The notes: generated from the sequence alone by a model not told the origin. A DNA stretch of 64,000 bases from Alphaproteobacteria bacterium (GCA_965205265.1 CBDBGH010000003.1:5184001-5248000); one strand, 5' to 3'; shown: positions 28,998-38,880, counted from the stretch's first letter. A program made the numbers and translations.

Positions 28998-29843
28998 GGA
29001 TAGAGCCGATTTCACCGGCGCCGTTCTTGACCATGCATCCTTCAACTTCTGCAAGGGAGATCATGCCGGTTTTGCAGGCGCCAGTCTTCGTCATACGGAT
29101 TTTGCCGGAAGCAGGCTCAGATGGGCCGATTTTGCGGGTGTAGAGATGTTTGCAACCCGCATGGAATCGACCAATCTTGCCGGAGCCCGTATGGCGGAGG
29201 CGACGATCTCGAGCGCCGGGTTCGACAACAGTTTCCTGCCCGGTACATCGTTCAGCCGCACGAAGATCTCCTCGTGCAGCTTCAAGGAGGCCCATATGCG
29301 CGCGGTTGACATGACCGGCGCGAAACTCATTCAGGCGATGTTCGAAAAGTCGGATCTGAGCGAAGCTAATTTTGAAGGGGCGACTATGGATGGCGTTGTG
29401 TTCTGTGAAACGGACATGACCCGGGCCCGCTTGACTGGCATAGACGCCTTTCCCCTCTGCTGGTTCGAGAAGAACATCCTGGAAGACGCAGAAGTCCCGG
29501 ATGGTTTCCCCGAGATGATCGAGAGGCTGAACCGTCAACAACGCGAACGTGACCGCCTGCCCGAACCGTCCCCGTTGGGAGCCGGCAGATGATTGCCGGC
29601 GCTTGTCCGCAAAAGATGCCTCGACCCGAACAGCAGGTTATTGAGATTGGCCTCCTGTGCCGGATGCCTTGATGGAGGCCGGTGTCAACTGAAGCCTGTT
29701 TGGGTTCCGTGCCTCCCGGCCTCGATGAACAGGATCACGATAATTTCGCACCTGGACCACCATAAGGAAGAGATAAATGGCGGTTGCGCAGAACCTGTGG
29801 TATGGCCCCGGCTCCGGCTGAACAGGGAAGGACAGACAGCCTC

Positions 29844-30119
29844 ATGATCGATGAAACGAACCTTACCAAGGGGCAACTGCGAAAGCTGAACGCGCTTCGG
29901 AAATCCGTCGGCGATGCCATCGCCGATGAGGCGTTTTCCAAGTGGCTGGCACAACATGGCAATGAGTCCGAGGCCGTCGACGGCAACGCCGATATCATCG
30001 CCGATACGCTCTGGCGACTGGTGGAACAGGGCAAGTTGGCAATTCGGCGCGGCGGTTATGTCGTTCGCCGGGGCCGCGGGCGTGTCATCGTCGAGATGCC
30101 GGCGGGATCCGCCGGTTAG
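29844..30119 (+). CDS. Small hypothetical protein
   Basis: 91-aa ORF followed by a terminator. Confidence 0.65.
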   Translation: MIDETNLTKGQLRKLNALRKSVGDAIADEAFSKWLAQHGNESEAVDGNADIIADTLWRLVEQGKLAIRRGGYVVRRGRGRVIVEMPAGSAG

Positions 30120-30130
30120 CGGGTTCTTGA

Positions 30131-30164
30131 GCCCGGTCCGCTTACGGCGGGCCGGGCCGTTTTT
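30131..30164 (+). terminator. Rho-independent terminator
   Basis: GCCCGGTCCGC-ttacg-GCGGGCCGGGC stem followed by CGTTTTT. Confidence 0.6.
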
Positions 30165-30668
30165 GAGTTCCCGAGAGATTCTGGATAACCATTTTGTGTT
30201 TGAGAGAAGTCCGGTGAAGATTTCGGGGGGAAAACCGTATATGGGGAATTCCCCCGCCAGTTTGGCGCCCCCCTCTTGTGCGCCCGGCCTGAACGCTTCG
30301 ACGATGTAGCGCTGTTCGAACACTTTGCGCCGGAGTTAAATTCTCTCCCGCCGAAACTCGGCGGCATCCGCGCTCCGGACCGCGAAATGGTTGCAGGCCG
30401 AGGCGTCAACCTGCCAGTCCCTCCTGCCTATCTTGGAGAGGCTGTCCGCCGCCTCGGCCATATAGGTTGCGACGTTGCGGATGAACCGTCCATAGTCTTC
30501 GGCAGAGAGGTTTGGAATTTCTGTGAGAATCGCACCGGCGTTCCCTGCAAATCGTTGAAGCGACAGACTAACGTCCTTCCGTTCGCCGAACTTCAAGGTG
30601 GCGTGCCGCGGGGACGGCGAGGTCGCGCCGTGCTACAATGGCGCCTGCGTGAGGAAAGAGCGCCGCTC

Positions 30669-31499
30669 ATGAGCATGATCGACATGTCGTTCGCGTCCGG
30701 CATTCCGCCGGTTCCCGCTTGCGCGGGCCCGTCGGTATCGGCCGTGACCGAGACGAGTTCGCTGGGGTCCCGCACCCTGGTGCTGCGCGGCACATCGGCG
30801 GACATCGCCGCCCTGCTGGACCGAATGGACGAGTGGCGGGGCGATGCGGGACGCCTGTTTGCCGATGTGAAAGCAGGACTGATCGCGCTGATGGCACCGT
30901 CATGGCCGCATGAGAACTACGGCGATGGCGTCGGTGACCTGGTCAAGACGATCGCGCGCGTCGGTGGTCTCCCCGTTATGGGCGGCGGCTCCTGGACACT
31001 CGGCCCGCGCAAGTCGCCAAAGGGTGGCGGGCTTGTGCCCGGAGACCGATCGCAGGCGGAACCCGACGCCTGCTACATTTTCGGCGAAAAAGTGCTGCGG
31101 GCGCGCACCGCCATCGCTGCCGGACAGAAGGCGGTGGAGGATGATTTCGGGGAGAAGGAACTGCCGGATCTTGTGGTCGAGGTGGATTTTACCAGCGCTT
31201 CGGCGAACAAGCCGGCCTTCTACCGTAGCCTTGGGATCCCGGAGATGTGGCGTCTGCGCTGGTCTGGACCGGAGTCCGCCGAAGCGCTGACGGTGGAAAT
31301 ACTCGACCTCCAGGCCGAGGCCGGGCCGGAGACGAAGCGGGCTGCCTCGGCGCTGCTGCCGCTGTGTACGCCGGAATTTGTGGTGGCGGCGCTGCCGGCG
31401 GCGAGAGGCGGCGACTGGGAAGCCCTTGATGCGCTGGTCGCCGAAGCAGTGGCGGCGGCGAAAGCCGACGCTCTGCCGGAGCCGTCTCCGTTCGACTGA
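30669..31499 (+). CDS. Uma2-family (PD-(D/E)XK) endonuclease-like protein
   Basis: AEPDACY, PDLVVEVD and YRSLGIPEMW motifs; tail LPEPSPFD. Confidence 0.8.
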   Translation: MSMIDMSFASGIPPVPACAGPSVSAVTETSSLGSRTLVLRGTSADIAALLDRMDEWRGDAGRLFADVKAGLIALMAPSWPHENYGDGVGDLVKTIARVGGLPVMGGGSWTLGPRKSPKGGGLVPGDRSQAEPDACYIFGEKVLRARTAIAAGQKAVEDDFGEKELPDLVVEVDFTSASANKPAFYRSLGIPEMWRLRWSGPESAEALTVEILDLQAEAGPETKRAASALLPLCTPEFVVAALPAARGGDWEALDALVAEAVAAAKADALPEPSPFD

Positions 31500-31609
31500 G
31501 GCGTGCTCGCAGGCCATGACGGCGCGGTGAGCCGGACATACGGACCTACGATGTTTCAGGAGATCTGCAGGACGTCACATGCCCGGGATCGGGATTCCCA
31601 CAGAAATTC

Positions 31610-31635
31610 AGAGGCGCTCGGAATTTTGTGGCACA
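31610..31635 (+). repeat. 26-bp inverted repeat, left
   Basis: AGAGGCGCTCGGAATTTTGTGGCACA is the exact reverse complement of 33066-33091. Confidence 0.85.
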
Positions 31636-31776
31636 ATTCGCCTCTTGAAGCAGGGCCCGGTAATTTTGGGACTCCCCGCTTTCTCAAGGACTTGTCGCCT
31701 GGGGACGGCGCGCCGCCTTTGTAATTGCGGTCGCTTCTTCCTATAATTCGTCTGTTCACGGGAACAAGGGACGGCA

Positions 31777-32082
31777 ATGGAGCCTGTCGGAAGCATCGTC
31801 GAGGAACGGTTCGCCTGCGCGGCGGAAGACTGCGCCGTCCAGTGGAAAATCTCGCCGGCCTATGACGATATCGGCGAGAAGCTGATGGCGCTGCGCAAGG
31901 AGGCTTGGGACCGCTATTCCCTGCGCGCCCTCTGGAACGTCCGGCCCGATGCGACGCTGGGCGCGATGCGCAGCGTCGCCAATGCCCTGCGCTGCTATGG
32001 AGACATGGACGCCGCCTTCCTCGCCGGAGCCATTCTCCGGGAAGTGGACCGACGGGAGGAGGGGCGCGGTGCCTCTCGATGA
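31777..32082 (+). CDS. Small protein, putative antitoxin partner
   Basis: 101 aa; overlaps the start of the downstream nucleotidyltransferase. Confidence 0.6.
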   Translation: MEPVGSIVEERFACAAEDCAVQWKISPAYDDIGEKLMALRKEAWDRYSLRALWNVRPDATLGAMRSVANALRCYGDMDAAFLAGAILREVDRREEGRGASR

Positions 32083-32941
32083 GTTCCAGAAGGGCATAAC
32101 CAATCTCCTCAGCGCCAACCGGGACATCGACAGCCCCTTTGCAGGAGGAGCGGTGATCCATCGGCATGGATTCCGGTTGAGCAGGGACCAGGACATCTTC
32201 AGCGGCTCCGACGTGACAGACATCGCCGCCCGCGATATCGCCACGCTTGAGGAGGCGGACTATGAAATTTTCGTCCAGCGCCGATATGACAGCTTCATCG
32301 AGTGCCATGTCGTCAAGCCCGGAGAAGGCGCCACTGTCCTGCAATGGACGCAGGCGTTGAGCCGGGAATTCTACCAGCCCGTGCCCGACGACCGGTTCGG
32401 ATACCGGCTGCATTTTGCCGACCTGGCGGCGAACAAGGCCCTTGCCGGGGCTACACGATCGGCGGTGAGGGACTTTGTCGACCTCTGGATGCTGGATCGG
32501 CACGTCCTCCCCTTGTGGCGTATTCTGTGCGCCGCGCCCGGGAAGGATCCTGACTTCAATCCATTGTCGATGATCGAGAGGATGCAGTTCAACTGGCATA
32601 TGGCCAAGACCCGGGATGCGGAGGAGTATTTGGCGACTATCGACCGTTCTCCCGAGAGTATGGGACTTTCTCTTCTCGACAGCCTCCGCGATGCGTCCGG
32701 GATCCTCAAGGACTTGCCTGAGGAGCACTATGGGCGTCTGCAGGTCCGGCCGGACGGCCAGCCCGTTCTGGCGCGCGAAAGCGGGCAGGACGGGCAATGG
32801 GTAAAGCCGGCTGTCGGCGGCGGCATGCCGTCCTTCGAGGGCAGCGATGGCGAGATGATTGCCGGACTCATCGAAGAATACGGTCCGGAGGGCCGCGGCC
32901 ATGCGGAAGAAGCGGATGACCGGTTCACCCGCGGTTGGTAG
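32069..32941 (+). CDS. AbiEii-like nucleotidyltransferase
   Basis: FAGGAVI...RLSRDQDIF, NKALA and RDFVD motifs; GTG after GGAGG. Confidence 0.7.
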   Translation: MPLDEFQKGITNLLSANRDIDSPFAGGAVIHRHGFRLSRDQDIFSGSDVTDIAARDIATLEEADYEIFVQRRYDSFIECHVVKPGEGATVLQWTQALSREFYQPVPDDRFGYRLHFADLAANKALAGATRSAVRDFVDLWMLDRHVLPLWRILCAAPGKDPDFNPLSMIERMQFNWHMAKTRDAEEYLATIDRSPESMGLSLLDSLRDASGILKDLPEEHYGRLQVRPDGQPVLARESGQDGQWVKPAVGGGMPSFEGSDGEMIAGLIEEYGPEGRGHAEEADDRFTRGW

Positions 32942-33065
32942 CTGCGGCGGCGCGTGAGACGAACAGGACGGCGTGGGAAACGAGGCGCCAGAACCTGTTT
33001 TTCCGGCAATTGAATCGAGCAGACTCAATGCGATAGATCGAGCGCGTTATAGCGCCTGTGCCGAC

Positions 33066-33120
33066 TGTGCCACAAAATTCCGAGCGCCTCTCAGAAATTC
33101 CGAACGCCTCTGTAGGGACA
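33066..33120 (-). repeat. Inverted repeat, right, with tandem sub-repeat; transposon-end-like
   Basis: Minus strand reads TGTCCCTAC-AGAGGCGTTCGGAATTT-CTG-AGAGGCGCTCGGAATTT-TGTGGCACA. Confidence 0.7.
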
Positions 33121-33178
33121 TATACGCGGGCGCCCGCTTGCCCTATATCCGCCTGCCGACGACAAGCGACCGGCGCGG

Positions 33179-33473
33179 GCTCGACCGGCTCGACCGGCTC
33201 TACCGGGCCTTGAGGGATGCGGGCGTCCACGAGCCGGGCGAGCCCGCGCCGGTCGTGCTGGAGGCGCTGCTCGACGACCTCAACACGCCGGCCGCCATCG
33301 CCGCCATGCACGAGACCGCGACAGCGCTCAACCGGTCCGAGGACGCCGGGGAGAAGGCGGCGCGGCGCTCGCGCGACTTCGCGCGGGCGGACGCGATCCG
33401 GGACGATCTGGCCGCGCGCGGCATAGCGCTCGAGGACGGGCCGGGAGGCACCGCCTGGCGGCGGACAGCCTGA
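33179..33473 (+). pseudogene. cysS: C-terminal fragment of cysteinyl-tRNA synthetase
   Basis: LDRLYRAL, ALLDDLNTPAAI and RDFARADAIRDDLAARGIALEDGPGGTAWRR; no catalytic domain. Confidence 0.7.
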
Positions 33474-33667
33474 GGAGGAAAGAGCGATGCGGTTCCGCCT
33501 TCACGACGCGGCGGGTATTGCGGACATAGAGGTTCCGGTCTCCGTCATCGTCATCGCCGGCTGGTCCGGACGCGACCGGGCGGCGGACCTCGGTTCGATT
33601 CTTCGGGCGGTCCTGTATGCAGTCGGCATTCTGGATGGGATGAGTCGTGCGATTCCCGGATTGCGGC

Positions 33668-34909
33668 CTACGCCGCGGCGCGCCCGTCCGGCCAATTGAG
33701 CGGCGTGGATGAGCGGGTGGAAAAGCGCGGTGGTCCGGGGCGGGTTTCCTCGACAATCCGGTCGACGACGGCCCGCAGCGCCTCTAGCTCGCCGGCGCCG
33801 TCCAGGCGGAGGAGATCGTAGAGTTCCACCTGGCGGTCAGCCCCCGAGCCTTCGCGGAGGATCCTCTCGATCCCGCACAGTTCGCCATCGCAGCCGAGTG
33901 CACGGGCGTCGTCGGCGACTTCCACGAGCAAGGCCTCGATACTGTCGGCTATGTCGATGCGCCCGCCGCGCCCGGAATCGCAGAGAAAGGCCAGCGTGCC
34001 ATAGCGCTGGGCCAGCCAGCAGTTTTCGGCAATGAGTTCCGTCGGCGGCTCCGGGGGAAGCGTCCCGGCACTGTCCCGGTGCAGCAGATGGCGCAGCGTC
34101 GAGGCATAAAGCGCCGCGAGCGCCACGGCGTCGTCCAGATCGGTGCAGATGTCGCACGCCCGGATCTCGATGGTGGGATAGGCGTGCGAAGGCCTGATCG
34201 TGAACCAGATCTGGCTGCTGTCGCGAATGGCCTCGACGCTGCGGTACATGTCCACCAGGGCGTCGAAATCGGCCTGGGCCGAAAAGACCGGCGGAACACT
34301 CGTGCGCGGCCAGGCGCCGAACAGGAGCGGCCGGTAGGAGCGGCAGCCGGCAAAGCCGCCGGTGTAGAAGGGAGAGGAGGCAGAGAGCGCGATGAACAGC
34401 GGGAGGTGACGGCGGAAGGCCGTCATCACCCGAAGGCGCGAGTCGGGGTCGCCGAAACCGGCATGGATATGCATGCCACTGGCGAAAGAGCGCCGGGCGA
34501 CGTCCTGCATCTCGACCTCGAACTCGCGGTAACGCGGTTCGGGGGTGACCACCTGGTCCTTCCAGGACGCGAAGGGATGGGTCGAGGCAGCCATGGCCCG
34601 GGCGCCGTGGGCTTCGGCCGCCCGGACCACAAGGCTACGGGTTTCGGTCAGCGCCTGGCGCAACTCGGCGATGGACCGGCACACGCGTGTCCCCGTCTCG
34701 ATCTGGGACCGCAGAAGTTCGGGAACCACCTTGTGCGGGCCGCGCTCACGGATGCATTGCTGCATGATCGCCGGGTCGGGGTCGGCGATCACATCGCGGG
34801 TTTCCGGGTCGACGAGGAAGAATTCTTCCTCGATGCCGAAGGTAAACTCCGGCCCGGAACCCGCGGCCGGACGGTCATCCGTTTCAATCTCTCCTGACGA
34901 CATGGTCAT
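33668..34909 (-). CDS. ybdK: Carboxylate-amine ligase (glutamate--cysteine ligase 2, YbdK family)
   Basis: FTFGIEEEFFLVD, STHPF, GMHIH, ALSASSPF and PTIEIRACD motifs. Confidence 0.85.
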   Translation of the reverse strand: MTMSSGEIETDDRPAAGSGPEFTFGIEEEFFLVDPETRDVIADPDPAIMQQCIRERGPHKVVPELLRSQIETGTRVCRSIAELRQALTETRSLVVRAAEAHGARAMAASTHPFASWKDQVVTPEPRYREFEVEMQDVARRSFASGMHIHAGFGDPDSRLRVMTAFRRHLPLFIALSASSPFYTGGFAGCRSYRPLLFGAWPRTSVPPVFSAQADFDALVDMYRSVEAIRDSSQIWFTIRPSHAYPTIEIRACDICTDLDDAVALAALYASTLRHLLHRDSAGTLPPEPPTELIAENCWLAQRYGTLAFLCDSGRGGRIDIADSIEALLVEVADDARALGCDGELCGIERILREGSGADRQVELYDLLRLDGAGELEALRAVVDRIVEETRPGPPRFSTRSSTPLNWPDGRAAA

Positions 34910-34956
34910 GAAGAACTCCTCTTTTTCGTTTCACGATATGCTGGATATGCATGGCA

Positions 34957-35190
34957 TCACGATGTCATGGCCCGCAGCGCCGTATGGATACGGTGGGCGT
35001 CCCGGGCGGCCGCGCTGGCCTCTTCGCGAATCCGCGGGCGCTTGGTCTGTTGAGCGAGCTGGAGTTGGCGGGCGCGTTCTTCGGCGACGGTTTCCGTGGC
35101 CTGATGCAGCCATAGCGGGTCGGTCGGGCAGGTGCCGCCGTCGACCATGCTCCGGATCATGTCGAAAGGAATCCCGCGATTGGCGGTCAT
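34957..35190 (-). CDS. Small hypothetical protein
   Basis: GAGG RBS; part of a run of small minus-strand genes. Confidence 0.5.
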   Translation of the reverse strand: MTANRGIPFDMIRSMVDGGTCPTDPLWLHQATETVAEERARQLQLAQQTKRPRIREEASAAARDAHRIHTALRAMTS

Positions 35191-35284
35191 GGCTGTTCTT
35201 CCTCACGCTCGGTATCGAATTCGGTGCGGCGCCCGGCGGGAAGGCACCCGTCCTCCCGCCGGGTTGCCGTCGCCGCCAGCCCGG

Positions 35285-35536
35285 TCATGGAAAGTCCGGT
35301 TGCGGGCCGTCGGGGTCGAAATCGGTGACCGCCTGCATTTCGTGGGTCTGCGCAAGACCCAGGGCGGCACGCTTGACGAAATGGCTGGCGGTCACGCCCT
35401 GGTCCGAGGCGGCTGTCGAGAGGCGGTCCCACTCGCTTTGGGTGACATAGACGGGGATCGTCCGGCCTTCCCTGTTGCCGCCGTTTCCCGGCGTTGCCAT
35501 CAGCCGACGCCGGTGGGCCCCCTTCTTCCGCCCCAT
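35285..35536 (-). CDS. Small ribbon-helix-helix-like protein
   Basis: TIPVYVTQSEWDRLSTAASDQGVTASHFVKRAAL pattern. Confidence 0.55.
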   Translation of the reverse strand: MGRKKGAHRRRLMATPGNGGNREGRTIPVYVTQSEWDRLSTAASDQGVTASHFVKRAALGLAQTHEMQAVTDFDPDGPQPDFP

Positions 35537-35772
35537 TATGGCGTCTCTCCGGCCCTGGCCGAATCCGTCGCGCCGGCGGCCGACTGCATCGCGGCAATGG
35601 CTTCCTGGACAAAATGGCTTAATGGCTGCATGTCGGCTTCGGGTGCCGACCCGCCCGTGCAGATCAGCGTTCTGTCGGGCAGGTGGCCGTTGTGGAGGCC
35701 TTTGGCGACGAGGTTGAGGGCTTTCGCCACCTTGTCCCAGGCTTCGGGTGAAAGGGTCGTTCCCGCACTCAT
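35536..35772 (-). CDS. Small hypothetical protein
   Basis: AGGAG RBS; TAATG coupling to the next gene. Confidence 0.55.
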   Translation of the reverse strand: MSAGTTLSPEAWDKVAKALNLVAKGLHNGHLPDRTLICTGGSAPEADMQPLSHFVQEAIAAMQSAAGATDSARAGETP

Positions 35773-35934
35773 TCGAAATCTCCTTGTGTCGGGTGGTTGA
35801 GGAAAAGCCGGTCGAGAAGGACGCGCGCCGGCAATGTCGGGAGCGTCCGGTTGTTGGTTGTGCTGGTCTTCCGTCGGCTTCTCCGGAGGACCTTCATGCC
35901 GGGAGTGTCTCGAGATCCCGGAGTTCGCGGCCGT

Positions 35935-36351
35935 TCATGTCAGGAGCCCGGCGCGCCCGTGGCCGTCGCCGGGGGCCGGCGTGGCCGTCCAGCCAGGTTC
36001 GACAAGGCCGCCGAGGACGGGCTCCATGTCGTAGAGATGACGTTCACGGAGCGCCTTGAGGCCCGCTTCGGTAAGCCGTACCGGGCGGGCGGCGCGCGCG
36101 CGGTCCCACTCGCCGATGTCGAACCAGTCCTCATGCTGCTGCCAGCGGTTCATGATCTCCATGCCGGTGAGCAGGTCGACGCGCAGCTCGTCGAGGCCCT
36201 CGGGCAGCCGGTCCCTGTTCCAGGGGCTGAACCAGAGCGTGCCGAGGTCGCGCATGCGTTCCATGATCTGCCAGTCCCCGTCGCGGATTGCTCGGGCCCG
36301 TTCGCGGGCGAGGGGGGCGTTGTCGAGGTTTTTCCGTGTCCTTGAGGTCAT
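35935..36351 (-). CDS. Hypothetical protein
   Basis: 138-aa ORF in the operon, GAGG RBS. Confidence 0.6.
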   Translation of the reverse strand: MTSRTRKNLDNAPLARERARAIRDGDWQIMERMRDLGTLWFSPWNRDRLPEGLDELRVDLLTGMEIMNRWQQHEDWFDIGEWDRARAARPVRLTEAGLKALRERHLYDMEPVLGGLVEPGWTATPAPGDGHGRAGLLT

Positions 36352-36362
36352 TGGGCGCCTCG

Positions 36363-36677
36363 CTATCCGGATACCTGCCGGATTGCGGCCGCGATGACCG
36401 CGTCAACGAAGGAATTGTAGATAAAGGGACCGGAACCGATGGCCCCGGCAATGACGAATTTGGAAAGCAGGGGCGGCGGGCGGTCTCCATCGGGCGTCCT
36501 GTAGGCCCTCCATACCGCAACGAAGACGAGGAGGCCCGCGAGCGCAAGGAAGGGAATGTGTCCCGCGAAGGGGATGACCGGAATCGACTGGACCAGAAGG
36601 ATCAGGTCCGGAGGCGGGCAGTCCGGGCAATCGGTGTCCGAAAGCAGCCATGCGGCGATCGAGGCCGGGATGCTCAT
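36363..36677 (-). CDS. Small membrane protein
   Basis: Hydrophobic segments, CPDC motif, ATGA coupling. Confidence 0.55.
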   Translation of the reverse strand: MSIPASIAAWLLSDTDCPDCPPPDLILLVQSIPVIPFAGHIPFLALAGLLVFVAVWRAYRTPDGDRPPPLLSKFVIAGAIGSGPFIYNSFVDAVIAAAIRQVSG

Positions 36678-36982
36678 TGTCGTGCCCCGGTTCCCGGATC
36701 GGGGCGGTTTAGCCCCGTCGGGTCGATCCCCAGTTCCTCGGCCTTTCTGCGGGCGGCCACGACAAGTGCCGTGGCCGCCTTCCATTCCTGGACCGTGGAG
36801 GCGTCCAGGCAGGCCTGCAATGCCGTCTGGGCCTGGGCATGAACCGAATAGGGGACATAGGGGACGCCGCTGCCGCGCTGATCGCCGGGCCGCCTCTCGT
36901 GGCTGTGCCAGAGGCCGCCGTCGGCGGTAAAGTCGTCCGGTGGCAGCACCCGGACGAGTGCAGGGGGGCCGCCGGCTGTCAT
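36674..36982 (-). CDS. Small hypothetical protein
   Basis: GGAGG RBS; ATGA coupling on both sides. Confidence 0.55.
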   Translation of the reverse strand: MTAGGPPALVRVLPPDDFTADGGLWHSHERRPGDQRGSGVPYVPYSVHAQAQTALQACLDASTVQEWKAATALVVAARRKAEELGIDPTGLNRPDPGTGARQ

Positions 36983-37197
36983 GCGGCCTCCTCGGCGTCG
37001 CCGGGGTCCGGCGTTTCCTCGGCGGACCGCCAGGCCATGGCATTGTGCTCCGCGCAATAGGGCTGCCCGGGCGCTTTGGGAGCGCGGCAAAAGCGGAATC
37101 CGGGGTCCTGAGGGTCTCCGATCGGCCAGACACAGGCGCCGGGCGAAAGCTCGCGATCGATCTCGAGGTCCTGGTCCGGCGTGCGTGCGTCAGCCAT
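36979..37197 (-). CDS. Stand-alone GcrA C-terminal (Cys/His) domain protein
   Basis: CVWPIGDPQDPGFRFC...PYCAEH matches the GcrA CxWPxGDP...FC...YCxxH signature. Confidence 0.8.
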   Translation of the reverse strand: MADARTPDQDLEIDRELSPGACVWPIGDPQDPGFRFCRAPKAPGQPYCAEHNAMAWRSAEETPDPGDAEEAA

Positions 37198-37405
37198 CGT
37201 CGGCACCCCTGTCCTCCTCGATGCTCCTGCGGATATGCGGGAGACCCTGTTCGATGCAGGCCCTGGCAAGCTCGGCGACCGTGACGCCGGCGCGGCGGGC
37301 CAGGGCCTGCATTTCGCGGAAGTCGGACGGCGTCAGCGAGAGGTTGAGCCGTTCCGTCAGCGGTTCGCGGGACCCGAGGAGCCGTCTTGTTGGTTTTCGT
37401 GTCAT
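37190..37405 (-). CDS. CopG/RHH-like DNA-binding protein
   Basis: ERLNLSLTPSDFREMQALARRAGVTVAELARACI pattern; first gene of the operon. Confidence 0.6.
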   Translation of the reverse strand: MTRKPTRRLLGSREPLTERLNLSLTPSDFREMQALARRAGVTVAELARACIEQGLPHIRRSIEEDRGADDG

Positions 37406-37460
37406 TTTGTGCTACACATTTTGACACAATGTCTGCGCGGCGTCAAGAGGGAAGAGATCG

Positions 37461-38246
37461 GTGTCGGACAAGATGGCGGGAGAGCGGGCGGTTTCGCCCC
37501 GGCCGGCCGCGCCGCTAGATGGCGGGCCTGTGCTGCTGCTCGATATAGACGGGGTTTGCGCTCCGACAGGGCAGAACGGGCGGTTCGATATCAGGTGTCC
37601 GCCGCCTGGCTTTGCAAGCACCGGACATATCTCCCTGCACTGTCCGTCGCATCCTCTGTTGCCGCAATGGCTGTCGGCGCTTGAGAGCGCTTTCCACCGG
37701 GTAGGGTGGATTTCGTCCTGGGGTCCGATGGCAGCGGATTTCGCCCGGCAGGTGCGGTATCCTCCCGGTATTGAATGGCCGAGCCTGTTCCCCGCCGGAG
37801 GAAGGAAGGTGGACGGCTGTCTGGACTGGGTTGCAAAGGACACGCCGCTGGCGGTTGTCGACGACCAGCTGTGCGCCGAGGATGCCCTGTTTCTCGAGAA
37901 GCTGTTCTGTCTGCGGGAAGCGCCGACACTGGTCATCTCTCCCGACCCGGCGGTCGGCCTGGGCGGAGCGCTGGTCGAGATCCTGTGCGACTTCGCGGCG
38001 TTTCCGGGAAAGGCGCGGTTTGAAGGCCGGTTTGTATGGGTGATATATGCCATCAGGATGTCAGGTGGCTGTCTGGCCGGGATGCCGATCCGCATGGCTG
38101 GCCGACAAGGCGGGCCAGGGGACGTCGGCTTGCGGCCGGCGAGAAAAGCCATTTCCTGCATAGCGATGCAGATCTTCCCCCTCTGGATGACCGGGACATT
38201 CGCCGGCGGGAACCGCGATAACGCGGGCGGCACTCAGGCCGGGTGA
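37461..38246 (+). CDS. HAD-superfamily domain protein
   Basis: LLLDIDGV motif I and AVVDD motif IV; C-terminal part may be degenerate. Confidence 0.6.
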   Translation: MSDKMAGERAVSPRPAAPLDGGPVLLLDIDGVCAPTGQNGRFDIRCPPPGFASTGHISLHCPSHPLLPQWLSALESAFHRVGWISSWGPMAADFARQVRYPPGIEWPSLFPAGGRKVDGCLDWVAKDTPLAVVDDQLCAEDALFLEKLFCLREAPTLVISPDPAVGLGGALVEILCDFAAFPGKARFEGRFVWVIYAIRMSGGCLAGMPIRMAGRQGGPGDVGLRPARKAISCIAMQIFPLWMTGTFAGGNRDNAGGTQAG

Positions 38247-38482
38247 GGCTCCGGAAGGGAATCGTGGTCGTCGAGAGCGGCTTGCCGGGACGCGACGGCG
38301 GTCTCGCAGGCCGTGATGATCCTGTGGTAGTCGTCGCCGTCTAGGATCCGTTCGACGCCGAGGATGAAACAGAGCTGGTTCGCGATGACCCGGGTTGCGG
38401 CGTTGGTGTTCCAGCAGTCATTGCGTTGCGAGTATATGCGATCAGGCAAGGAAGCGGGCAAGACAATGATGTCCGACGTCAA
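38234..38482 (-). CDS. Small hypothetical protein (start uncertain)
   Basis: Protein-like 3' part of ORF 38234..39148; tail LPEPHPA. Confidence 0.4.
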   Translation of the reverse strand: MTSDIIVLPASLPDRIYSQRNDCWNTNAATRVIANQLCFILGVERILDGDDYHRIITACETAVASRQAALDDHDSLPEPHPA

Positions 38483-38559
38483 TAAAAAGTGGTTGCAATG
38501 TGGTGCAAACAAGTGTATATGTGATGTAATTGTGGTGCTACAATTGAGGAGTCTGCCGG

Positions 38560-38880
38560 ATGACGGCAGCGTTGGACAAACCGGGTTGCCTCGACAATGT
38601 CTTCGTTGTCCGCGAGACGATCTGCTCGTCCTGCATCTACCGGAAGAGCAGCCTGCTCGATCTGGAGAAGCTGGAGTCGGAGGTGACCGACCGGTACGGC
38701 GGGATCGTCGGCTACAGGATCTGTCACCACCACGGGGAGGACAGGAACGGCCGGGGCACCTGCTGCCGCGGCTTCTGGAACCGGCACTGGAACAATTACG
38801 CGCCGGCGCGCGTCGCGAAACTGTTCGGCCTGGTGCGGTTCTCGGACGAGGGCGACTTCTGGACGGCAAGGAGTGGGTGA
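38560..38880 (+). CDS. Small Cys-rich hypothetical protein
   Basis: GAGGAG RBS; CSSC, ICHH and CCRGF motifs; AT-rich promoter upstream. Confidence 0.65.
   Translation: MTAALDKPGCLDNVFVVRETICSSCIYRKSSLLDLEKLESEVTDRYGGIVGYRICHHHGEDRNGRGTCCRGFWNRHWNNYAPARVAKLFGLVRFSDEGDFWTARSG

Larger units (their letters stand above)
26463..29592 (+). pseudogene. Pentapeptide repeat gene interrupted by IS1634 (337 aa when reconstructed)
   Basis: 26463-26881 joined to 28998-29592 gives an in-frame 1014-nt gene; RYNAGERDF cap; tail LPEPSPL. Confidence 0.85.

Noticed and set aside
30170-30600. Lower-GC stretch with short minus-strand ORFs, possible oriT or gene remnant
   Set aside because: No recognisable nic site, iterons or protein motif
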